The notes beneath the pieces are model-generated. The model was not told where the DNA came from, did no database searches, and saw only the letters and a program-made list of their open reading frames with translations. 64,000 nt of DNA. Origin: Schmidtea polychroa. Lineage: Eukaryota. The position numbers and the translations under genes are program-made. The stretch is taken from assembly GCA_044892525.1 (NCBI GenBank), contig CM097886.1, positions 67,766,001 through 67,830,000 of the forward strand. The letters are read 5' to 3'. This document shows positions 34,815 to 46,800 of the stretch, piece after piece (position 1 is the first letter of the stretch; the number at the start of each line of letters is the position of its first letter).

Positions 34815-37800
34815 GTATGTTATTATGTTTGATTATAAATATTAGTGTTTTAATTATAGCATTCATTCTGCAAAATTTGTACACTTGGAAAAAGTAAATT
34901 TATATTTTATTACTTATATTTTTTAAATAAAATTTTATTTTTAAAAATTTTATTTAAATATTCAATTTAAAAAAAATTTCTCAAAGGTACTTTATTAAAA
35001 TGTAATTTACTAAACTTCATATTTATATTGTTACTTTTATTTCTTTTCAGTTGAAATTAAATTTTGATATGCATTAAAATTATAAAATACGATCAATAAC
35101 CCAAAATTATAATTTTGTCTTCATCTTGGTCATGTTTCACTATTTATTTTTCATTATCTTTACATTAATCAACAATTCATCATCAGTATTTTATTATAAT
35201 ACCATGTTGTCAATGGCACATGTCTTTCTTTAATATTTTCAAGAATTTTATAGCATGTCTTTTTTACATTTCTGCCTGTCAAAAAGTAATGAATTTCGTT
35301 TGGCTTATGTTTAATATTTTCAATTTAATGTACAACTATTGGCTGGATTGGTTCTGATCAGGTTTTACTGTCTCACTTATGCGATCATGATTTACATTGC
35401 TAATTCGATTGCAACAGGGCCAGTGCATGGTAGGTTCAGCGTATTCTCCGAAATTTGGCCTCATGCTTTATAAGAACTTGCGTTACAATTTACAAATACG
35501 CCGTAGTGTTTTCAGACTCGCGTATTTTACATCTCTGGGTATTTTGTCTATAGAGAGCAAGATGTAAACCAATGTCTAAACAATGACCGTTTCAGGGTCG
35601 CATTGCAAAAAAAATTTGCTGGGCTGCACATACAATATTTTTTAGCGAAACTGTAATAAAAATGAACTCAATATAGTTTCAAACTATGTATATATGAAAA
35701 ATTAATTAATTTATATAGATATTTTTTAATATTTTTATAATTTGCGATTGGACTTAATACAAGCTTGATATAAATAGAGAATTTGCAACGAAAAAGTCTA
35801 TAAAAATTATTTAGTAATATTTTAATATGTTTATAAAAATATTTAAATGTTCTTTTTTTGGCTAGCGAAAGTTTACCATCTTCAATATAATTTTATTTTG
35901 AAACCATTCATAAGTTGTTTTCTCATTAAAGATACCAGGATGATCAACGTGGAATATTCTTTCTGTTGAAGCACTAGCTGACATATTAAATTTACATTAC
36001 ATTTCGTATTCTCCAGTTATTATCTAAACGTCAAATAAATTTATAAATTTATAAAAATTAATAAATTAAAATGTTCAAAATGTTCAAAATGTTTCTATTT
36101 TTATAAATTAAATTAAATTAAATTAATTTTACTTATATCCTAGCAAAGAATTCTCAAGTGTGAATTTACAAAAACGAAAAATTTTTGATTTAGAATAGGA
36201 TTTTAATAAAGTTTATAATTTTAGGCGTAACTTACAATTTTTATTTAAAAAATACTTAACACATTTTTCCTCAATCACAAATGCACAAATAAAATAATTT
36301 GGGATGGCAGTGAATGCATTAAACTTTTATCATTTTTTTTCAATGTCTAGCTCAAAACAATTATACAAGTAGGCATATTATTGAAATATTTATAAATTTT
36401 CAATATGCGAATGAGTCCTTCATGGTAATTTTAAAACATAATTCACAGAGTTCATAATTTTCATAAATAAAAAGAAAAATTTTATGACCAATGTCTTTCT
36501 CAAATTTATGTGCCTCATATTTAATCTTATATTTTGCAATTTCTAAATTAATGCAAGGTTTTTTTACAATTTTTCTAAAAATAATAGTTAGATTACTTGC
36601 CAAATTTAATCTTTGACAAAATAAAACAATAATATGTAGAAAGAATAAAAAATTTGAAAGCGAAATGTTTTAATTAATTTTCTAAATTATCTATATTTTA
36701 AAATTATTCTGATAAAATCCCCACAATAAAATAATATAGTCGAGACGATTAATAAATAAAAGAAATCTTCAAAGTTTTTTTGTATAGATAGTATCTCTGT
36801 AATTAGATACATATACGCTAATTCATTTGATTCGCTTCGACTTCAGTGAACTAGACAGAACTGATATTTGTTTGAACAGTGAGTTGATTAACTTCTGCGG
36901 GAGAGTATATCGGGTTGGTTGACAAGAAAATTCAGCAGATTAGTCTGATAATGAGGAACATTCAAAAGCATATGTTAGTTGAATCTGTAGATACTTTAAG
37001 TTCGATTTGATAGAACCAAAATGTAATTTGTTTTTACAGCGAGTTCATTAACTTCTGTAGATATTCTGTAAAGTATACATGATTCGATCACGAGAAAATC
37101 GAGTAGATTAGCTCGATAATGATAAACATTCCAAAACATATATTCGTAGAATTTGTTGAGGTCTTGAGGTCCATTTAATAGAACTGAGGCACGATCTGTT
37201 TTGTTCCCGAAGTGCAATGATCGAAGTTTTTGTAGATTTAATTTCATAGAAATAGTGATTGTTCGTTTTAGAAATAAATTGTTTTTGAAAAAAACTGTCC
37301 TTTATTTAAACCAATGTTGACTGTTATTCAATTTAATAATGCATTTGTAATTTAATTATTAAATTAATATATGTATTATATAGTGTCTTAGGCACTAAAT
37401 CAACAATCTAATGAAAAATATTTTAATAACAAAAATAATAAAGTTGTAAGAATAATTTGAAAATCATTTTTTTTCAATTCGATTTTAGATAGTTGTCCTT
37501 ATGACAAGAAGGAATTTCAATATATTATTCCCAATATATCTTTATCTGATCAAATTAACCAATTAGAAATTCGGTGCCGTTATGGATGTAAACTTTCTCC
37601 CGATGAATCCGAATATGAGATTGACGAAAACGGTTGTCCAGAGGTTATAAAATATGGTTCTAGAAGGTTAGCAGATTTTCTTTTATTTCTGATTACAATA
37701 ATACAATAGTTTAGAAGGGAAAATTAAAAATAAAATGTTTTGTTCCTTGTAATTTATCATATTTTTAGAATTGTTTTAATTAATATAATTAAAAATATTC

Positions 37801-40800
37801 TCGAGAACTCCTGATTTTACTAGCAAAAGTTTCCCATAAAATATACTAATTGTCTAATTACCGTGTTTTACTTAATAAAATCCTTATTTTGATTTTTTGA
37901 CAAATTTTACATTTTTTTAAAAATATCAATAAGACAAGCGCTATTCATTTTAAATTCAAATTCATTCAAACAATCTGATAAATATCATCAATATTATTTT
38001 ATTTTTTAAACCATTATAATGACAATGACAGCTGTAAGGAATCAGTTAAATAGAGCTTAACTTAATTAATTAACTGATTTAAATATCGTATATTAATTAA
38101 TTTAAAATTAATTAAAGAATGCAAAGGTGAACCTGATGAAGTTTTTTCCAAAATATGTTTAATAGCTATATCTGAAATGCTAAAAAAACGTGATAAAAAA
38201 TCACACTTCAAACCTTAAAAGGTTATTTCAATTAACCTAAGATATTTAAATTAAATGGAATAACAATATCAGCGAATCAAGGAAAGCTTTAAAACCAAAT
38301 AAACAAATAGGAACATTAAAATATTGAATTGTAAGTTTTTAATTAAATTTCTCTTAACTTTTTAATTTTTAGGGCGTTTTCCAATCGTTGACAAATTTCA
38401 CTACAGCTAAACAAACAATTTTTTTTAAATATTTTAATTTTAGAGCAAATCATTTATAGATATTCACAATTATAATTTTTGTTTATCTTCATTTAGATTT
38501 TGACTATATGGGAAGGTTTGCTTATTACGTAAAGCTAAAAATGGGCTTGTCCCCGCCCTCCATATTGTAACAAATTGTAACAGAATGTTATATCCCCTCA
38601 TCCTAAAACGTGACTCATGGGTTATGTATATAATGTATGTCCATTATAAATATTATACGTTTGGCAGCTGAAAATGGTAGCAAATTTAAAATTACAGTTG
38701 CGCCATCTTTTATATATTATTTATTTTTAAAGTCGAGAAAATAAAAAAAACATTAAAGGTTTGTGAAAGTTGTGGGAAATTTTAAATTAAAGATTGAAAT
38801 GTATTGTGAATAACATCAATAAATTGTGTTTCTAAATTTGTATAAATTTTATTTTTGAGTTTTTTGTTGTTGAAAATCTGTAATAATAAAAAATTGTTGA
38901 AGTTATTAACTCTTATCATTTGATATACTGCTAAAACTGAAAATATCATGTATTGTAAATATATGAATTGTCAAATGATGAATAGGAGTGAGTATCAACT
39001 GTAAAGAGGTTGAATGCTTCAGTGTTAGTTAAAACAAAATGATTCGAATTTAATAAGAAAAAATTTAATAAGACAATAAAGATGCGCGTGGAAGGTGAAT
39101 TTATATATTGTCCGGAATTGTGGCTTTCAGATAAATTCGTAAATTTCAATATAATCATAAATTAAATATCAGAAAATTAACTTCTCAATTTTTTTGCTGG
39201 AAACTGCTCAAAGTACTTATGGAATAGATTTGGCTATCAAATGTCATTGATGTGAATATTTCTAAGAAAAACTTTATTGGTTTTTATTGAAAATGATTTC
39301 TCTTGATCTTTATCCGGGGATTTTAAAAACGATTTGTTGGATGCTTTTATATCTACTTATCCTTCTGTACACTGAGAACCCAATGAAATAATATTTATTG
39401 TAAACATTTTATAGAATAATTTCAATCATATATACAGTTTGTCAACGAAATGACTTACATACTTTAAATTATTCTTAAATAAATACAATGTTAATAATTT
39501 AATTCATAATATTTTATATTTTATTGTATTTCTCTTGATTTTATAATATAATAAAGTATTATATTAAATTAAATATTAATTATTTTTTTCAAAGTTAATT
39601 TTTAATTTTAAAATAATTTTTTTAATATAATACGAATACTAGGTAATGTAATCATTCAAAGTGAATATCTCTCTTTTTGCTTTTGTTAACGATAAAACAT
39701 AAGCAAAAGGAAAAATATATTTAATTGGAATTTTTTTTTAATAATAAAAATTGCAGGAAAGGTTTGAAATTGTTAATAATTTAATGTGTATCATAATATG
39801 ATATATAATATAATTTAAATATATAATTTAATATAGTATGTAACATAATATAATATAAATTATATATTTAATTATTTAATTATATGTTTATATTGATATT
39901 TAGTGCTCACGAATCAGCATGTTCCTTTTGCTATGTGCCTTGTCCGCAGAATCCAAAATGTCCTCCAATTAGAAAAAAAGTTAATTTTCTGCAAGTGTTT
40001 ATAATAAAATTTTATTACTTATAAGGAATTGTCTGCTCACCTGGAACTCTGCCAAAAAGTGTCTTGTACTCATTCTAAATATGGGTAATTATTTCATTGT
40101 TACGTCAAATTTTATTTTTATTTCTAATGGCATTCATTTTTAAAATATAATAATTTGATTATTATTATTATTATCTATCATAATTTCTATTTGGTTTAGA
40201 ATAAACTCTAAAATCATCTTTAATTTTCTGTAATATATAATTTGTAATATATAATTTGTCTAATATTTTATCAATGTAGGTTTTACAATATCTACACAAC
40301 TGTATTTTGTAAATATAATGATGACATTGTTTATTCAATAACAAGTAGAATAGACATTACAATGAATTATGAAAATTGTATATTTTTATAATCAAAAATT
40401 TATTCACTATGGCTAGATTTTAATTGAAATTTAACCAACCTAATTTACATGAAAAATTTATTACACTTCAAAAAGATTTATTTTTAATTGGTTTTAAGTA
40501 TCAAAACTTTCTATAAATATAAATATTTTAATGAAAATAATACATTTTTGAATTGTTATATATACATAAATATAATTAAATGCTTTCTTTTATGCGTTTC
40601 ACTTTTTCAATAAAAAAACAATGGTGTCTCTTACATGCCTGGAAGTCTAACGTGTTGATTTTAGAAATATAAATGATTATTTGCAATATAATCTCATTCA
40701 ATTTCTTCATTCATAATATAATTTACTAATAGAACTATGAACAGTCACATCTCCATCCACATCCAACGGGAATCCATCCACAAATTTTGTTATGTGGAAT

Positions 40801-43800
40801 AGGATGTACTTTTTCTGGAGACCCCTCTGATTTATTTTTGAAACCCCCATAAATCTTTTTAATTTTTTTTGTTTTAATCCAGGGCACGTAATATATGGAT
40901 GGATATATGGATGAAAATGTGTATGGAGATGGGATGGAGATATGGAGTGGATATGTGAGTAGATAAAGATACCTCATAAAATAATTTTTAATTTTGTTTT
41001 AATCGATAATTACGACGTACTTTCAGTTTTGTTTTAATCAATGAATAAAGTAAATTTTGTTTTAATAGATGTTTTAGTGTAATATATTTTTTAATTTTTG
41101 TTTAAATCGATGATTACACCATCAATTTTAATTTTTATAAGAACTTCAAATACATTATTGTTTGAAATTAATTTATCTATTTATTGAGCCTATGATGTAG
41201 ACAAAATTTTGAAATTTCATTTTTATTAAACCATTTTTGAATTTACACATCATTTTAAATAACCTGAGATATTTTCAATCAAACAATATATATAGCATTT
41301 AATTCTCTACAAAATGACATTATTATTTATTTAAAATTCCCAGTCATAACACCTTAAACAGCGCCTTTTCAGCCAACATTTACATACAAACACATTTTTA
41401 ACATTTAAAAAATATAAATTATTCATCTATACTTAAGAACATCTATTATACTTTTTAAAAAATCATATTAAAAGGCATTAAAAATAAAATATTTATTAAA
41501 ATCTTAGAGAGATTCGAAAGTTATCCACTCTCCAAATTGGTAATATGACATCTCTCTCATCCGTTTTATATCCCTGTATTGAAATATTTAAAAACCAGCT
41601 TTCCCTATATTTATATTCGATTTCTTCGCAATTATCATGAAAACGGAAATTTCGATCTATTATATTTTCATTGCAACTTAGATTCTTATTGATTTCCCCC
41701 AACACTTTATTTACTTTAACAACTTTTGTTATATGAGCAATCAAGCTTAACTCCATTTGAGAATTGATATGGAATTTCATCTACCAAGAAATATATTTTA
41801 TGGTTATGATGCATTTGTACTGGTTTCAGATCTTTCTTGATTTGAATCGGGTTCGTTTCATTTATTTTCTTAATTGGGTTTGTTTTTTTCAATAAATTAG
41901 AAAATGATTTCTCTCCAAAAACGTTCTTCTTGGATTGCATTTAAAAAGTAATGACTATGTAATTTCATCTCTATTTTATTCATGTGTATAACCAATCAAA
42001 TTAATGCAATTACATCTACTCACATCTCCATTTATATACACCCATTGGTTTTTACGTATATAATTCTAGACTATTTTAGGTGCCAATTTAAAGGATTGGT
42101 CCTGGAAATGGATGCGCATTTATTAATTTGTCCATATGAAGCATTAAAAGATTATATTCAACGCACTGAAGACAAAATACTCGATCTGCAATTTGCATTA
42201 AATAATAGTAAACAGGATTTGGCTGCAGTCAAATCATTGCTTGGAACAATGATCGAAAGAATTGATAAAACACGTTGGTAAATATATTTTATTTGGTATT
42301 AAATGATTTTTATACAGCAAGTGATGACGAAATCTCTAAACGGAATACTGATCCAGAGCTTTATCTAATAAAAAAAGATAACGTGATGATTAAAGATCAT
42401 TTGAATGATTTAAGTGAATTTGTAAATGTCCTTGNNNNNNNNNNNNNNNNNNNNNNNNNNNNNNNNNNNNNNNNNNNNNNNNNNNNNNNNNNNNNNNNNN
42501 NNNNNNNNNNNNNNNNNNNNNNNNNNNNNNNNNNNNNNNNNNNNNNNNNNNNNNNNNNNNNNNNNNNNNNNNNNNNNNNCATTTAATAATTTAAAATATT
42601 TTAAGCCTTAAAAGAATCTATTGGTTTTTATTATTTATACCTAACTGATTATTTATTACTATGCTTAGTATTTATCTTAACTGTTAAAATTCGACCTGGG
42701 TCGCAACAGAAAAGATATCTGACACTTGTTGCGTTTAACGCTATTATATATAAATTGTAATTATTTTTTTAAAATTTTTACTAAATAATTTATTTGTAAT
42801 AACATACATTTTACTTTTAGCGATGATATTTCAACAAAATTTTCGCTGCCTTGGTACTTTTGTGGGACATCAGGTAATTTCTTGTTTGAAACATTTATAA
42901 TACAAACTATTTGTTTTAATTAGTATCTGTATAAAAGCTGATCACAAGTAGAGATTATTTTATTCAATTTTATTTGCATGATTTATTGTTCGAGTACTGC
43001 ATTGTTTCCATTTTCTTAGTATTTAGTTATTCCATTTTATCGGAATTTTTATACTGCATTAAATAATATATATTTTTTATTAACCATTCCACAAATCAAA
43101 TCTTTCCAGATTTCAATTGAGATTTACACGGTTAAGATTTCCTTGATCCCATATTATATTAAAATCAAATTTTATTAAATTAAATAGTGTAAAATTGAAC
43201 TACTTGTTTCTTTTAGGTCACTACTGTTTTCATTTTTGCAATAATAAATTTGTATACGCAAATAATGGTAAGATCTCTAAATAAATTACTTATTCATGGC
43301 TGTATCTAACTGAAAAAAGGATAGATAACTTTTCTGTTGATTTTTTATTCATTTTATTGAAATTTTTTGATAAAACATTGAATGGATATAGAGATAAATA
43401 TTCAAAATTTGGCAATAAATTTTATCATTACGGTAGAAATTTCGTTTGATCCAACTCATTAAATCCGAATGGTTCGTAATGTGCTTCATTGGATTTTTGT
43501 TGTGTATTTTAATTTGTTAGCTTATTTGGAAAGTTATAAACTGATTTTAATGAAAATATACGATTAAAATTTATTTATTCAGGATGTGTAAAAAGTAACT
43601 ACCATATTTTGAAATTTAATGCAAAATTTTTACACAGTAACATTTGTTAACTAAAATTTAATACTTTTCAATAGAATGTCCAGTAACATTATTACACATA
43701 TGTAATGGATTATACTAAGAAATCATTTATATCTTGGAGGTTTATTTGGGTTTTTTGCTTATACTCCCAAAGAAAGATGTTGAGTGGTGATAATTCAGGT

Positions 43801-46800
43801 GACTTGGAAGCTCATAAAATGATCTTGCTCGTCTTTTCAGTGGCGGATCCATAGGGTGGCGATCGCCCCCTTATATTATTTGGAAAGAAATTTCTTTAGC
43901 GATTTTTACTTGGCTGTTGCAGCCCTTTATAAAGAAAGTATACAATGTCAACAAAAATGTTCAAATTTTAATGTAGATATACACAATTGGGACTATTTGG
44001 ATAGCAATATATGACGTCATTTTATCGTTACATTACATAGATTAATACAGTAGAAGAATGATACTTAAACATTGAGTATCTTCTTCTACTGTTTTAATAT
44101 ATGTAATGTAACTATAAAATGACGTCATATGTTGGTATCCCAATAGTCCGATTTAAAATACGCACCGCATAACTTTATTAAAACTCATATTACTCAATAG
44201 ACCTAATTTACTTCATTTTTCGAACACCATGCTGTTTTAGTTAAAAATATAATAAATAGTAAATACAAATTACTTTTAAAATTAAAATTTTTAAATAATT
44301 GTGTATTATTAATTTAATATCAGTTTATAATAAAAAAATATTATTGATTGTTGCTATAATTAATAATAATGAGTCTCAAAGTAAAAAAAGTAAACAAGTT
44401 TTAAAATTTATGGGCTTGCCTGCGGTTGCCACTAAAACCTAAAAATCTCCCCCCCCCCTTACTACACCTAATTCCGAAATTTAATAATTTCTTTAATCTA
44501 AAAAAAAATCAATAAATTTATAGTATAGGAACACACAAACTTACCTGTGTGTAGAAATTTATTGTTCCGAAATTTAATAACTTTATTATAGGATTTGTGA
44601 AGGTGAGAGAAAAGTAATTGAACACACCAACACAAAACCCATAATGAAAAATGCATGCAAATTTCTTATATAGGTTTTTGTTCCGAAATAAATAACCGTT
44701 AACATATTGTTAAAATATAATTATTTTTAAATTATTAAAAAACGCAAGAAAGAAAGCAAGATCTTTTGATTTACAGAAAGAAATTCGCAAATCTTAAATT
44801 TAAATAAATTATTTTAATAAATTAATATTTTCATAGATATACAGAAAATGACAAAATTCGGCTTATTAATGACTTTCAGAATGGGGACAATTACCAAGAA
44901 TTTGGAAGATTACTAGGAATGACTAAATCTTTAATTAAAGCAATCATTTATAAATATTAAAAATATGGGGCCATCGAAAATGAGCTGCAGAAAGAAGATT
45001 ATAAAAATTTAAAAAACTATTTCATCCATGTACGCCGCTTCTTTCCTAATTGCATTAAAAAATTAATGTCTTCGGTGATTAGTTTATTTATTTAGTTAAA
45101 AATATATCTAACTTACATTTTATTGAAATAATTCCAAAAAAAAATCATTGAATTTCATAAAATTCCTAAAAAACACCTGAAATTTAATAATTATCAATGT
45201 TATATTATAAATGCTGACTAACAGTAATATTTAAGAACTTGAATAATGATCTCATAATTATATAAAATCAAAATTCAAGTCTTAAAAGTTACTTGAAATT
45301 AAAAAAATTACCTGAAAACAATTTTTAATAAATTGAATAAATGAAATTTAATAACTTCATTTTCACGTAAATGGTGACTCACCTCAACTGGTGTGCACAC
45401 CAACGTGAATTATAGAGGTTATTAAATTTCGGAATTGGGTGTAGATGGTCTGGATCCGCCCCTGCATCTTTTAGTAAATTCTTTTTCATATGGAGCATTT
45501 AAATTTTGCATGAGTTTGTATGAAATCTTCTTTAAAACGTTATACATTGATTAAAAAATGTGCCAAACTTCCTCTGTTTTCATAAATTCCACAAATTTTC
45601 ATCCTGCCTTCCAAAAATCAAAATCCAAAAATCACAAATGTAGTGTTTTAAATGGACTAAAAAATGAATATAATTTTTAATAAAATATTTTTGATTTTAT
45701 TTTTTATTATTTCCATCATTATTTGATCCATTAAAACAAACACTGTAAGTTTCTTTAAACTTTGTAAAAATATTCGTCATAGTCTTCTCTGGGAGTATAT
45801 TTTTCCATTCCAACTCTTGTAAATATCATCTAATCAAAGTTACTGATTCAAATTTCGCCATAAGCAAAACTATTTCTATACGTTTATTAATGAAGACGAT
45901 AATTACAATTTGAATTAATGCTATTGTAACGCTACTTTATTAAAAGAAAAATATTGTGTTGAAAAATATTAAATTTTAGTTAATAAATGTGGCCGTGTAA
46001 AAATTTTGCAGTTTTATTTTGGCTACATTTAATAAATATTAAATTATAAAATACAATTTCTTAACAAACCTGACATGAAGAATCTTATTTGCGAAAATGG
46101 TGACATAATTTTTCGGACCTATATTCCAATCCCGTGGCAGTTTCCTGATACGCATGTGTGATATTTTATGCTTTTTTGGGAACTAGTGCATAACAAGTGC
46201 ATTTAGACATTTTGAAGTTATGATAACGTGGATAAGAAATGGATCATCTACGGTAACAGAGCGAAAATCATTTTGGAGATCATTTCCATCAACCAACCCA
46301 AAAAATAATATTCACACTGTTGCTCTGTTGTTGGTGGGATTGGAAAGATATTGTTTATTATGAACTGTTGCCGCATAACCAAGCAATCAACTCCGAAAAA
46401 TATTGTAATCAACTGGATAATTTGAAGGAAGTAATTGAACAGAATCGCTCAGAATCAGAAAGGAGTGGTCTTCCACCAGGACAAATGTCTTGCCTTATCC
46501 ACCACATAGACAGGACTATTCGCTCTTGACAACATTTTTTGAACGGAAAATCATTCAATTATCCGGAAGGCTGCGAACAGCACCTGGGCGAGTTTTTTTA
46601 GCTTTAAGCCATGATCTTTCTAAGAAAGTGGGATAATGAAACTTCCAGAAAGATGGTGAACCGTTATTAAACAAAATTGAGAATATTTTCATAGAAATTT
46701 TTGTTTTTATTTTAGCTTAAAAATAGACGGAGACTTTCCGAATAACCTAATAAATAAGGGGTTAGGAATAAGTTATTGTATAATAAATCAAATGTTGATT

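Larger units (their letters stand above)
43838..45464. mobile_element. Non-autonomous hAT element with two nested insertions
   Basis: TIR CAG(T/G)GGCGGATCCA (13/14); TSD CGTCTTTT / CATCTTTT (7/8). Confidence 0.9.

Noticed and set aside
38119-38160. CTGATGA at about 38132 (also 794 and 55629) as further hammerheads
   Set aside because: No pairing stem II closed by GAAA and no adjacent Penelope sequence.
42275-42611. ORFs spanning the N gaps (also 54902-55263)
   Set aside because: Artefacts of translating N; only 42318-42434 is supported, as TRAF7 exon 7.
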